Shown here: positions 25,076 through 37,886 of the stretch, piece after piece
Layout of the letters: the number at the start of each line of letters is the position of its first letter
Numbering within the stretch: the first letter of the stretch is position 1
Assembly (NCBI GenBank): GCA_002633005.1
Contig: NMRA01000232.1
Coordinates: forward strand, 564,014-628,013
DNA: 64,000 nt
Source: Phoronis australis
Taxonomy: Eukaryota; Animalia; Phoronida
Reading direction: 5' to 3'
The notes under the pieces: model-generated
Told to the model about the DNA's origin: nothing
The model's database searches: none
What the model saw: only the letters and a program-made list of their open reading frames with translations
Translations under genes and position numbers: made by a program

Positions 25076-27342
25076 CTGTCAATAATAGACAAAAAACTGT
25101 AATAAATAATAGGACTGCAAAGATTGTTCCATTAGGTTAAGATAATCTTTTTGAGAACCATTGTTGGACACCTACGGTAACTCAGGGGTAGCTTTAAAGT
25201 CAGTGGCAGACCTATGAAACACAAAAAATTTAAGTTTTAAGTTTTTCCAACCACACAAGGCAGCACAAAAACGGTAAAAAAATTATCTAACTTGCTTCTT
25301 GCTAACATTTATGAACATCCTGTAAAGCCAAAAATGTTCTTTAGAATAGAAATTGCCCCAGTTTAAAATAATCTCTACTCTTTGTTTCCCATAAACCTGG
25401 ACATGATGAAAAAAAAATCATGTTGCTAGGTGACGTTGGAACAGATAGAAGAGAGGGTTCAGCATTCTTTTGCTATAATCATTTAATACAATGGGATTTC
25501 TCATGGTCATCATGACAGCAAATAGCCACTGTTGTGCGATAGGATATTAAAACGATACTCACAAAAAAGTTTAACATCTCAAAATGTTTGTGAATGAAAG
25601 AAATTGATGTTCAGATCCCTGCTAACTCGATCAGAACATTCTGCACATCAGAGTTAGAAATTGGGTCAAGCCAGAGATGCCTTTGCACCTCACTCACAGA
25701 GTTGAAGTAGAATGTGTCATAAGTTTGTTGTTTTTGGCATAAGGAGCAATCTACTTGTCAAGCACTGGTATGTAAAAACACCAGAGCCAGCTAACTTACT
25801 TTTTCAACTGCCATAACTATAAGCCAAGACAAGCTGCTATAATTTCACACGTCACTAGCTTTACTTGACTTATAGAACATGTATGGATCTGGGTTTGACT
25901 AGTTACAAAAATGCTTTACACAACTGTGGTCTGCAATTGATCAAAGCAATCGTTATTAGCTCATGCAGTGATCAATAGAATGTAGTAAGTCAAATGGAGA
26001 AGTAAAATGAATATAAAACATGAGGTACAAAATGAATTGTTTCGCTGGTAATAAAATAAAATGCAAATGAAATTAAAAACACTAGGTTTTAGTTCAAGCA
26101 TGTACGGTAGAGCTCTAGGTTAGGAGAGTATACAGTTGGCAATGGAAACTACAGACAGGGTATGCAGGAATCGTTTTAGAAAGAAAATGTGACTTTGGGT
26201 CAAATTTGACTGACAGGGCTTCAAATCTATGAACCGATAATAGAGGACTCATGGGTCACCTTAATATTTTCTGTTCTTTGTCAGTTACTGAGATTTTGTT
26301 TGGAGTAGGAGCATGTGTCACATTTTGTCTGCTATGTAACTCAGTTACCGGCTAGTGATTGCATTTCAACCCTAGCACATAAAACCTAACCAGAGCAGCA
26401 AAACTGGAACATTTTCCACACAAAATTCAATTTTGTGTAAACGAACAGAAATATTGTGGATGTAACACCTACTACAGTTAGTAGTTGATGAAACCTATAA
26501 ATCAAATTCAATATTCTTCTACTTATAACACATGCCAACAGCTGCATATATATTGCAAATCATATCGAGGGAAATAATTAAGATGGGATTTTTTTACCAC
26601 ATTTGCTCTGCTCATGAAACCGCAAGTGCTCATCCAAGTGCGCAGTAGAGGTCCCAGCTCAAACAGTGGTAGGGCCTATATATGCTATTTGTTTTGGACA
26701 GCTGTCCTGCATGTTAGAACCTGAATGTAATTGCAGTCAAGACAAAACATTGTGTGATTGCAATTGAACACAATTTGAATGAGCGTCCATTGGCCAGAGA
26801 ACAGGATTGCAGTGCATTAGGGAATTTTCAAAATTGGGTCAAATTATGGTGTTTGACAGCAATTACACCCCCCNCCCCCCCCCCAGCCTTTTAGAGATGG
26901 CTATTCCTTGGAAAATAGTAAGCCTGTGGCTTAGGGCTGGCTTATGGCTCAAAATCCTTTTTAACCAGTTATTTTGCATCACTAAGTCTTAACCGAAGCT
27001 CAGGGCCGGAGATAGAGCCGGTTGTGTTAATGATAATGCACATGAATGTACCTGTGCTTTAAAAATGATAAAAACTGCGAAAAAACCTAAATGCAGCGTC
27101 ACGTGTAAGTTTGGTTGGTTATCATTCATAGTTAGGCCATGGTTAGGCCTACCCTCCCAGATGAAATTGAAGACAAGTTCTCTTTGAACTGGCGAGTTGT
27201 AGGTTTTCAGTTCTGAAGGAGTTCACAACTGGTGAAAGAGACTGGAGATCTTTACTGCATTCTTCTTCGCCGTCGTAGGCCTACAAGCAGTCCAGCGTTT
27301 TGTCATTACTTTCCGAAGACCGACTCGACGACCCTCTGACAC

Positions 27343-27365
27343 CATAGACTTTACTAATATCTATG
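27343..27365. mobile_element. 23-bp micro inverted-repeat insertion with a 7-bp target-site duplication
   Basis: ctgacac|CATAGActttactaataTCTATG|ctgacac. Confidence 0.6.
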
Positions 27366-27400
27366 CTGACACAGCGCAGTTTCTGCCCAACCTGGGTAGA

Positions 27401-27538
27401 GTTCAGTAATGCTAGGCCCTGCGCTAGGACCTTGCTAAAATCTAGCTACAATCACGTGCTTTCGTTCAAAATACACGGCAATATCTCACGGAATCTCGCG
27501 AATTTTTCTTTTATATCGAAGTCCTAGCGTTACTGAAC
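27401..27538. repeat. Short MITE-like inverted repeat in the putative ankyrin-gene promoter
   Basis: gttcagtaatgctagg ... cctagcgttactgaac (15/16 inverted match). Encloses a TCTCGCGA motif at 27494-27501. Confidence 0.55.
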
Positions 27539-28001
27539 CGCTATCGTTACTGCAGTCTCGTACCCAGTCGGGATTCGAGACTGTTGTCACTGCGATCTTC
27601 GTCTGGAGTCAACAGTCTGTGCACTCACACTACCCAGCTGACCGCGGTCTGCCAGAGAGTCCATGCCATCATGACCATTCAAAATCTTCAGCTCATAAGT
27701 GGCACTGAGTACTTTTCGCAAAACGCGAATTGAAAGACCAGTGATGTTCATTAATATCATATTGCCATTAATTTTGTCATGACACTAGGCCAACAGTCCA
27801 TATACAGTACAACAAAGATATCTTTTGAATTTTGTTGTACACGTTTTTAATGATTTTTTATGCAAGTTATTGCAAAAACCTCACGGGAAAACAAGTAACA
27901 ATTAAAAAACAGTATAAAAACAATTCAAAAATTAAAATCTTCTTTGGTCAAGAGACTCAATAAATTCTTTTCAATCATTATGGAGAAGGGGTCCTGTCAT
28001 A

Positions 28002-28392
28002 GGCCGCCGGTTGCATAAACTTAACAGTTCCAAACTCACTGCAATTAAGTTCCCTAAATCTTTTTCGTATTTCTTTCGTTCTTTAGGCACAGACGTAATA
28101 TTTTTCTATACTTTTATCGTTATTATGAGCTCTTCTTTGTCTAATGGCATTTTCTCAATTAAAATAATTAGGGGCTTAGTCCTTAAATTGGGGGCGTTGC
28201 ATGAAAAGATCCCCACTTATTTTCAATAATATTGAGAATTCGATGTAGAGTTTACTCTCGATTTGTATCAAAACCAAACATTGGCACAGTAATGATTCTC
28301 AAACAGCACAGTGTTTTCACAAGCTCCGGCGCAATATGTAGAGATTTAGGGAACTTAGCGGAGTTCCTATTAGGAACTGTTTGCAACCGGGC
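28002..28392. mobile_element. PIF/Harbinger-like MITE, uninterrupted copy (~390 bp)
   Basis: Termini gccggttgca ... tgcaaccgggc, with internal inverted aagttccctaaatct/agatttagggaactt. Homologous to the split copy at 11050-14019. Confidence 0.7.
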
Positions 28393-31300
28393 ACTTACAT
28401 GTATATTCCTAGTGCCAAAGGTACCACTACGTTGGGAAACAATTCCGTCACTATTTCTCAGTCTGTCCATGTTACCTCGATTAAGTGGGCAAACTAAGCC
28501 CCTGAATGGACGATAAACCCAAGTAATATTAGAGGCCTAAAAGGTGGTTTAGTATATTTTCCAAACTTTTGCATGCATGTATATGAAGTCAACGTTTAGG
28601 GGAAAGATAACCATTCACACGTAAAATTGCGCTAATTGATACTTTCTCCAACTCCCATTTTTGCAGAATCTTTACAAAGGATACAAAATCTCTGGCGTAG
28701 GTTAATCGTGTTTTTATCAGTACTTTTTATCACGGTACACAGAGTGTTCTTGAAGAAAAAGAAATAAACCATCCAGGAGAATTCGTAGTCGTAACAAGTT
28801 ATAATCTGTCAACTGCGCTCTTAAAAGGATTTGTGGAATGATGATCATGAATAGGTTGGCGGCGGGAAACGGGTGCTTCGCTGGTGGTATACAGACACTC
28901 ACATGCGGGCGTTCACGGTTTTTGCGGCATGTTTGATTTTTAGTAGGACAAAAATAGTTTGAGAGACGTGAAGAAGACCATTTTCATTAAGGTGTTAAAT
29001 CCGTCAAATAAAAGAGGCCTGGAACGCGATAAACAGGCTTAATTATTGAAAGTGATTCTCTGCAGCTGAAACAGAATTCAACCTGCTCACCAGCCATTTT
29101 TATGGTTTGTTCGTAAAGATTTTTAATTTCTGTTGATATCAAAGCATTTTCATTTAGTTTCAAATTTAAAAAACGACCTCTCAACTGTTCGCCACTACGT
29201 CGATTTTTCTCCCACAAGGCAAAGCACTTCTCCTTATTTGGTATGGCAAGATATAGACGTACCACATTTCTCTGGTATGGAAAATATGACCTTTGACTTA
29301 AAGCGATTTCAAGCAACTGACTGTGAGCGCATTTATCACAAGTGGGAGGGAACTTTTTGAATTAGAAACTTTGTGGAAACCACGGAATTTTTCCTTCGCG
29401 CGTATTTCAAAAAGGCATGAATTTTGTGATTTTTTCAGGAAATTTCCTCGCAGGGAAAGCGAATTACTCTGCATTAGACATTGCGAGATGGTACTTTCGT
29501 CAGGAATTGTTTACAAGATATTTTTGACCAGCTTTCGCGGTGCATTCCTCTTTAATAAGCACAGAGGTTATAGATTGGCGCTGTAGTGCTCATGCATGGA
29601 CTCGCTAATATAGAACACATCTCGCACAAGCACATCGGGTAGCACCACCATTTCGAGAGCTTAATGAATTCTAGTGGTTGACCAGAGTTATCTGTGCTGT
29701 GATTAAAAAGAACTATGTAAACAGCTGTTCATGAAAAATAGCATACATTCACTAGTTGCCAATTTCAATGAATGCTGATGTTACGATAACCAATCAAACT
29801 GAAGCGCAATTATGAAAGTCACAGAAATTGTTGAATACATGCTAAGTAGCTGCTAGGGTAACAAGTTTGATTTCTTCGTTCATATTGAAGTTCGATTCCC
29901 AAAAGTCGCCCGACGGCAGCCGGCGCACACACCCGATTTTACTCGTTTCGCTGGTTACATGGCAGAATGAGTCAACAGGTGCACTAGTGCGAACGTGTGC
30001 ATGTTTCTCAGCAATTGATTCTTCCGTATACGTCACTAAATGGATGCAAAAATAATCTCTAAGCATTTTCAAAAATGTTACTGGGTTTGCACTCGTGCGG
30101 AAAGAAACAAAATGAATAATATCCTTGTTGATCGCGAATTATGGCTCATTAAACTTGCAAAAACGGAGTGACGCATGGAAGTGTGTTTTGCCGTTCACCA
30201 AAAATATCAAATCGAGGCATCCTAGAGCAGACCGATTCACTTAATTCTCGAGACCATTTCCGCCGGGCGCATCGGCGATTTTCCTAGAATACCGACAAAA
30301 CATGCATTTTTATGGTTTATCGCTCAGTCCCACCTTATCCAGTCAGCAGACCTTCGGACTTGTGCACCTTCGGATTACGGAGCTGCTCGTGTTTCATACA
30401 GTCCGACTGTTGGCCCTCACACCATGCTGAGGAGAGACGTTTCCTGTCAGTGCGATTGCCAGTGCAGCACTATATATGTACGTCACTTGATAAAAATTGA
30501 TAACCTGACAGACTGCATCAACTGCTGCTCATTTCCTGCTTTTTTGAAATTATAGATCCTTTCGCATGGGGACCAGTGGAGAAGGGTCTGTTGATTGCAT
30601 ATGCCGTCATCTTTTTGTCTTTTTGATAATTTCTTAAGCGGCTGCTCACGCCCAATGGTGGAATCGATTGCCTCTACCTCCCTATTTTTGTGAAACCATA
30701 CATTCTTTTAGTGGTTAAGGAAGGTCGCTTCTTGGAGGGTCACACGACTAACTGTCTCTCTTTTCCAAATTTCGATTATATTTAGCCGTTTATATAAGGG
30801 GTCGCCTTCAGACGGGGTCCTCTCTCGAAATTTGGCACTGAGAAGAGGTGAAGAAGATTTCAAATTCATCAAAAAACACAAATCAAATTCATGTCATGCA
30901 AAGCACAAACAGCATCAAGACATTTGGCCCAAACAGCCAAATTTGTAGAACTGCAAATTATAATAGAATAGACCGCCATCGAAAGGAAAGAAGTTTGAAG
31001 AGCTTGAAGACCACTGTTTGTGAATTAGACAAAAGAATTATTTCCGATATTTTTATCAAGCTAAAATGTCGATACTTGTTTCCATCGAATCAATCATACC
31101 ATTGATATTTTTGGAGATTGTTACTAAAAGTTGTTTGAAAGAATCTTGCTTGTCGATCACACTTTCTTTAGTATTTGGTGATTGCGTACAGAGAAGGTAC
31201 TCAAAATACTGTACATGTACTGGCAATCCCAAACAAAGGTTTCGGCGATTTTTGGAGTTAAAATTTAACTCATAAACTTTTAATCAATAGCTACCTCTGG

Positions 31301-32899
31301 CAAGAACCAAAAATTGACCGATTTTGACAATTAGAAGCTATCTTTGATGCTTCTATGAACTTACAATTCCAGGTTTAAGTTGGGAAAATCTCTATCACTC
31401 GATCCCTAAAAGCGACGTGCACTAGACAATCTGATATAACACTCAAAAGATATTGACGAAATTCGGATAGTTCTACAGGGTGTCCCAACCAAGATTGGTA
31501 GTTTAAATTCACTAAAAGGATCTCAAAAAGGAATCGAGTATCTAAATCAAATTAAGTGCATTGCTTATTAACTTGGGATGATTAATTGTCCATGCACTTC
31601 CTTGGTGTGTTTTAGTTTCATGTTTTGATGGATGCCTCCCACGGGTTTTGACTCCACTTATGGGGGCGCCAGGGGTCAGTAAAAAATTGTCAACATCCAG
31701 ATAATGGGGGTCAGAGGTGGCGACACCGGATAGTAAGGGGAGGCAAAAGTCAGGCTGGGTGGAGGTTGTTTGCTTTACCACATGCAAAAGTAGTGCTATA
31801 TAGTGCTAACAATTCTGGTGTTAGTGGTAGCTGATAGATATGCCTTCAATGATGTTGGTGGTGGGCTGGTGGCCCAGGTAATTAATCACCAGATCACAGT
31901 TGTAACTGAGTCATTCAAAGTAAGGTTAGTGAGACGATTTGCAAGTGCAATTGACTGTAATAACTTAACCCATAAGAATGGTGGCATATGTATTATAAAA
32001 CCCACAATGCATTGCACACAGGTAATATACTATTAACATACAAGGCTTGAGCCCAAACATTTTTGCCATAATAGTAATAAGAATGGTTACAAGTCCCTAG
32101 GATAATTTTTGCTGGTATCTGGGTACACATATGATGCAGTGGAACTGCGCACAACTATAATGCCCTCAAAGGGTCACCTCCTCCTTCACAAGTGATCGAA
32201 ACATGAACATGACTGACTTCTTAAAATAGTTCTGAACATGATAGCTATAAATTTCTACCAAGCGAAATGATCGCCAGCAATATATATGGAAAGCTTAGAA
32301 GTAATCTGAAGGCTGTCAATACTGATTGCTTTGATAGTGACACTATTTTGGTTTAATTTTCAATGTCCATTAATTTTCAATGTCCAAGATGATCTATTTG
32401 GAGACAGGAATCATTTTGCGTCAAGATGGGATCATTCTGATTGCTTTAGGTTTCTAGAAGTGAGTAAAAGATTTGTTCCTATTCCAACATATGCTTTTCG
32501 TAACAACCTGGTGAATTATCATGTTTCAAGTGAAAAAGATGGCAACCATCCAAATACTATAAAACTTGCATACGTCAAAGCTAACTGTAGTGAACAATTT
32601 TGTCCTTGCATGTCGAAATTTGACTTATCTGAAAAGCACATGCACAAATTAGAACAACCCTAGAGCTGAATAAGCAAAAGCTGACTTGTGTTGTTCAACT
32701 TACAAGCGTTCACTGTATTCACTCAATATTGCAGTTTCAAAGAAGCATGTTTGCACTGTTTGCCAAGAGCATGCTGAGTGATGTTATTCCATTACTTCTC
32801 CGGTGGGATCAGATTACTTTTCATCACTACTCACACTGTCTTCATACATTTCCTGATGTATGCAGTCAAGGAGAAAATCTAGTTCACCAACTCCCAGCA

Positions 32900-33352
32900 T
32901 ACTACGCACTCATCTATGGATAACAGGACTAACAGCCCTGTCAGTTGAGCATTCCACCACTTGACAATGCACTCATCTATGGGTAACAGCCCTGTCAGTT
33001 GAGCATTCCACCACTTCACAATGCACTCATCTATGGGTAACAGGACTAACAGCCCTGTCAGTTGAGCATTCCACCACTTCACAATGCACTCATCTATGGG
33101 TAACAGCCCTGTCAGCTCAGCATTCCACCGCTTGACTATGCACTCATCTATGGGTAACAGGACTAACAGCCCTGTCAGTTGAGCATCCCACCACTTCACA
33201 ATGCACTCATCTATGGGTAACAGCCCTGTCAGCTGAGCATCCCACCGCTTGACTACGCCCTCATCTATGGGTAACAGCCCTGTCAGCTCAGCATCCCACC
33301 GCTTGACTATGCACTCATCTATGGGTAACAGCCCTCCCATTTCAGCATCCCA
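32900..33352. repeat. Minisatellite, 8 units of 54/63 bp (117-bp higher-order repeat), in the predicted LYRM2 3'UTR
   Basis: ctcatctatgg recurs at 32909, 32972, 33026, 33089, 33143, 33206, 33260 and 33314 (spacings 63, 54, 63, 54, 63, 54, 54). Confidence 0.95.
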
Positions 33353-33669
33353 CAGCTAGGTCTCAACAACCAGATCCTAAAACAACAAGAAACAACCAAT
33401 AACAAAAGTACTTGAAGAGCATGACTTTGTGCCAATGAATGCATGCAAGAGTTGTGAACTTGTATGTTTTAATGCATCCAAATGACCATCTTCATTATTG
33501 CATTTCACTGGTGTCACAACAAAATTATTAATTAGCTCAAACACAAGCTTTCGTTATTTCTCACAGTTTCTTTAGCTTTTTAGTTCCTTTTAAGAAATTG
33601 AGGAATTTCTTCAGAGAATTTTAGAACCACACTTTGAATGACACCAGTTACCTGTTGTGGAGCAGGGCA

Positions 33670-35530
33670 TCACCTAGTTAGTTGAAGAGCAGTAGTTAGT
33701 TCCTTGAGAGTCATTCTTCCCTGAGTCAGCATCATCTTGATCACATGCTGTTGAAGGGTAACACAATAAGCAACAACACTGACTTCAATATACTTATTTC
33801 CCATTTCCTACTTCATTTTACTTGTCACTCTAATATGTTCAAATATCAAAACATCAAATGTTTGGTAAATTAATGAAATGTAAGAAACAATCAGTGTGTG
33901 TTTTGATGTGGTGTTATAAAAACATGGTTTCGCAAATGTCACGTGACTGACTGAGTTGGGTCAGACTATGCATCACGCCACCTCATGTCACAACCGGGTC
34001 GAAACCAACAAACATGTCGATACAAAAAATAATGGAATGTTCTGTGACAGGTTTGAAAATTTGCGTTTAATAGGGAATCTTAACAGTTATGTGAAGAAAT
34101 GGGAGGAAAATAGCAAATCAGGTAATCATGTCTAAACTCATATAAAACACATAGTACCAGACATGCAACAAGGTTCATCACTCAAAGGTAAACAAAAGTA
34201 TGTTGCATGTTTTGGGATTAAAATTCACGTGATCTCAGCATTCATATAAACACAGATACTTTCAAGAAAATCTTGATTAAAAATAGGGATGGGCGCTAAG
34301 CCAGGCATGGTGTTAAAAAGTAAAAGTTTGAAAATTTTGCAGACGGGCATCAAACCCAACATGGTCGGTTAACTCAGACTATGGTATGTCATAATAATCA
34401 TGAGACAAGGTTCTGTAGTCCAGTAAAGTCTCACATGTGCACTAATCAGTTAAAAACACAAACTTCAAACTGCAATGAATCAAGTTAGCAGAGGTGAATC
34501 ATCCTGAGAATATTAACTGGTCATATTAAAAAACAAAAATACAAAACAAAGATATGAGTCCACCCGAAAACATGAACGAAAACTGGTTTTTCAAAGACAC
34601 AGGGTTTTAACCCAATTGTGTGACTGAAGAATGCCAAGACACAGAATACCTGACATGTCCCCAAGGCATACCTCATCTGTGTGGTGCTTGTTTTTCTTGA
34701 AATCTGTCCTTGCCCAGTCAAGAAGTTCTTTTCTGTGATTGTTATCAGGAACCTTTCGCGCAGTTCGTAAAATGTCCCTGTACAGTGACAAGACTTCCCC
34801 ACGCAATAAAAACTGAAAAAGCATAGTTCTAAGTTTGTTTGCGGTGGTATTTTTTGATCTGGGAAGACATCAATGCACTTCAAAGTCTTCATCTATGCAC
34901 AAAAATGTATTTCTATCATCTAGCAACATGACTTGACGGCCAACCAGTGCGAGAACGTCAAGTTCGAGAGTATATGGGATGACCACTGCAAAGAGCTATA
35001 ACCCTATATATCATGACTGGACCACCCGGCATCACTAATGTGGCCAGTGGAGACCACAGGTGTCATCACTCCTCAGCTTCTGATCGTCTCCAATACGCAG
35101 TACACTTTGTCTTGGGGACAATCAGAAGTCAGGACGCCTGTACTCGCTGTACTGTATAGCCTTTTCTTGGTACAAAGCTGTATACGGTCTTTAGCTTTAC
35201 ACGTTGATGCAAGTTTCACGGCGAGGTGATGAGCAAAACTACCCTGGCTGTGTGCAATTTCGGGGTCTACGGAAGAAATACATACAGTGATACCTAGCTG
35301 TAGCTGGTTGGCTAGTACTCAGTAGTAGTGGCTGTGGTGCACTGCCACTGGAGACAGGGAGATGCTATTGACATCGCTGTACCAATGCGTTTCTTATTTA
35401 GCAGGTTTTGGGTGCGTGTGGCGAAGCCGTTGATATTCGAAACTTGAATTCTGGCGCAACTGGTTTGAACCTTACAACAATGTTTTACCTGTCTCAAGTT
35501 TAACACGCTGGCAGGCAGTTTTTGTGCCAT
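33670..35530 (-). CDS. LYRM2: LYR motif-containing protein 2 (mitochondrial), 3 coding exons, 86 aa
   Basis: Exons 35489-35530 (MAQKLPASVLNLRQ), 34672-34812 (FLLRGEVLSLYRDILRTARKVPD..LDWARTDFKKNKHHTDE) and 33670-33747 (HVIKMMLTQGRMTLKELTTALQLTR*). All introns are phase 0 GT-AG. The LYR motif and the WAR..F and MMxTQG motifs match LYRM2. Confidence 0.93.
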
Positions 35531-36572
35531 TTCTTTTGCAGCGCTACCTATCGACAGACTGGTCATTTGTTTTAATTTCAATAGAGGGCGCGAAACACAT
35601 TATCTCCCGTCTCTTTGTGGGCTATTAGATTACATACCGGTATGTACGCCAGCCCGACTCTACGTAATAATTAGTACGCACGGCCCATTGGCGTATTGAA
35701 CAGGGATAGGGGCCCGCTTGAATCCTATCACAAGAAACAAATTTGCAAAACTAAAGTACTGAAGTACGTGGTTACAGTGGCCCGATACACCGAAAAGAGT
35801 CATTCTACCGACGGCGACACCCAATTCTGTCCAGTCACTATCAACCAACCAGTTTCACTAGCTCGGACGGGGGTTATCGTTTTGCCAGGTAAGGGAAACT
35901 CGCCCGGTGTCACAGTGCCCCGGCAGCACGCACGAAATTGCCCATCATGACTTATGATTGTAAGTAGTGGGGGCGCGACAATATAGTACTTAATTTTTTA
36001 TTTTAAAGTTCCTAAATAGCATATTATATTTGAATATGCATAACTGTGAAAAATATCGAGTAGTTCGAATTTTCAAATCGGACAAGACAGCTGGATTTGC
36101 CAGGATCATCAGTGCCACTGGTGAAATTGCACCTCAAAATATCAGTTAATAAATTGACAATCAAGACTGGCAACTGAGCTAGGTAGGGCCTACCACTTCT
36201 ATAGTTGTGAGTTAGTAATCGGCGTATAATTAGCTGATAAGTCATGTAATGCTGGAAACATCTTTGCTACTATCCGATGAATAGCTGAAGGCTCGTTGAC
36301 AAAATCGCTACTTCTTGACCAATATGAACTTCAAGAACCCACTGTTCTAATTTTTTCTCCTCTTCTCAGTACTAATTCGGATTTTATGGTTTCCGGAATT
36401 CCGGCCACTCTTTGTTTTCGCCGGCGTCGGTGTCCCAAAAATAAAATGGAAAAATACCGAGAGCCTCGTTTACAGGGATGTTTGCAGCATGATAGAAACA
36501 AGCCAGCAGACAATTTCTAAATTCAGTTTATGCTTCAGCTGGGTACTCAACTTGAACATAATGCACCAATTA

Positions 36573-36803
36573 CATGCGCGCACCCAGCCTTGAAAATGGC
36601 GGGGAGCTCGAATTGCTGTCGTTGTGGACCCGTTTCCTGACAAAAAGTCGGGATTAAAAAAAAAACGAACTGTGAACTGTGCGTCGGCGTCTTTTTTTAG
36701 TGGACTTTTGTCTCGTTTTCTCGGATCTTTTTGTTTCTCCGAGGCGGACGTTTTTGCCCACTTCGCCAAATGGGGGGGGGGGCTCACGTTCGAGCCCCCC
36801 CCC
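36573..36803 (+). mobile_element. CATGCGCGCACCC-terminated MITE, copy 1 (right end truncated)
   Basis: Collinear with 37062-37314; the right terminal repeat is lost after the poly-C run. Confidence 0.75.
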
Positions 36804-37061
36804 ACCATCGCTGGAATTTGTTTCCCATGCAGCATCTTGGATATTCCTGTACGTGGTGAAATGTGGTTACATAGTGATGTGATGTTATGGGCGGCACTGG
36901 CCCGGCATGGATCCTGTGGCAACTCCGGGGGACAGCCAGTTAGGACGACTTAACAAACAACAAACATTTTAAACAGGTGGCATCGTTCCTGTACGTCCTT
37001 TGAACAAAAACAGCCGGAAGCTCTAGAAGAGAAAGAATAGGCCTACTGGTCCCGCCGGCAA

Positions 37062-37314
37062 CATGCGCGCACCCAGCCTTGAAAATGGGGGGCTCGAATT
37101 TCTGTCGATGTGGACCTTTTGCTGGTAAAAAATCATGAGGACTAAAAAAATATAAAAGAACGGGTACCACACGTACTTCAGGGCTGTGAGCTGTGCGTCT
37201 TCTTTAGTGGACTTTCGTCTCGTTTTGTCGGGACTTTTTGTTTCTCTGGGGCAGACCTTTTTGCCCACTTCGCCAAATGGGGGGTTCCTTCGAGCCCCCC
37301 TGGGTGCGCGCATG
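37062..37314 (+). mobile_element. CATGCGCGCACCC-terminated MITE, copy 2 (complete, 253 bp)
   Basis: Terminal inverted repeat catgcgcgcaccca ... tgggtgcgcgcatg; flanks ggcaa/cgcaa (5-bp duplication, 4/5 match). Confidence 0.85.
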
Positions 37315-37705
37315 CGCAATCATCACACAGCAAGGACATCATCACACAGGACGGCTGGCAACTCACCACGGGGTCCATTGTCAGCCGCAGGCCCCCGAGC
37401 TACTGCTTACTTGGGTAAGACAAACACCAAAATGAATTTAATTCGTTGGATGTCTTTTTCGTACTATGATATGTTCCCATGTGGTCGGTTAAAATATGAA
37501 AAACTATTAGAGTTACAGTACTTTTCACCATGCGATCTGATGTCCTGACTTCTGTGTGGAGCGGAGTAGAGCAACATTTGCCGCATATCATCGCACCGCA
37601 ATTTTGACACTCCGTGGACTAAACTTACTAAGAAATGAGGTGATTTATCGAACAACTTAGTTTCAGAAATTAAAATCCCTCGCAAAATTACAGTGTGGGT
37701 TGTAC

Positions 37706-37886
37706 CATGCGCGCACCCGGCTTAAAATATGGGGGGGCTCGAATTTTTCAGTATGTGGACCTTCTACTGACCTATGAATGGTGCATTCGCGCCGAACTCG
37801 TGGGGACTTTTTTGTTTCTCTGTAGCGGACCTTTTTACTCACTTCGCTCGTAGGAGCACCCCCCCCCCACCCTGGATACGCGTAAG
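37706..37886 (+). mobile_element. CATGCGCGCACCC-terminated MITE, copy 3
   Basis: tgtac|catgcgcgcacccgg ... ctggatacgcgtaag|tgtac; perfect 5-bp duplication TGTAC. Confidence 0.75.

Noticed and set aside
26868-26884. N within a poly-C run and the ORF 26807-26992
   Set aside because: This is a sequencing ambiguity in a homopolymer, and the ORF has no coding signature.
28400-30800. Short ORFs in the CpG-richer intergenic block (e.g. 28987-29316) as a gene or transposase
   Set aside because: The frames are broken by many stops and show no recognisable domain. This may be decayed repeat DNA but cannot be classified by eye.
31482-31498. tacagggtgtccc mariner-like terminus
   Set aside because: No matching second terminal repeat was found, so no element could be delimited.
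32900-33352. CRISPR-like appearance of the regular repeats (also 42594-42892)
   Set aside because: The units are fully tandem with no unique spacers, there are no cas genes, and the context is eukaryotic. These are minisatellites.
33652-33672. TGA-TGC at the LYRM2 end read as selenocysteine-cysteine
   Set aside because: The TGA falls where LYRM2 orthologs normally end, and no SECIS element was recognised.
24170-35530. Ankyrin gene next to LYRM2 as conserved ANKRD6-LYRM2 synteny
   Set aside because: This short single-exon protein does not resemble ANKRD6/diversin as I recall it, so the adjacency is likely coincidental.
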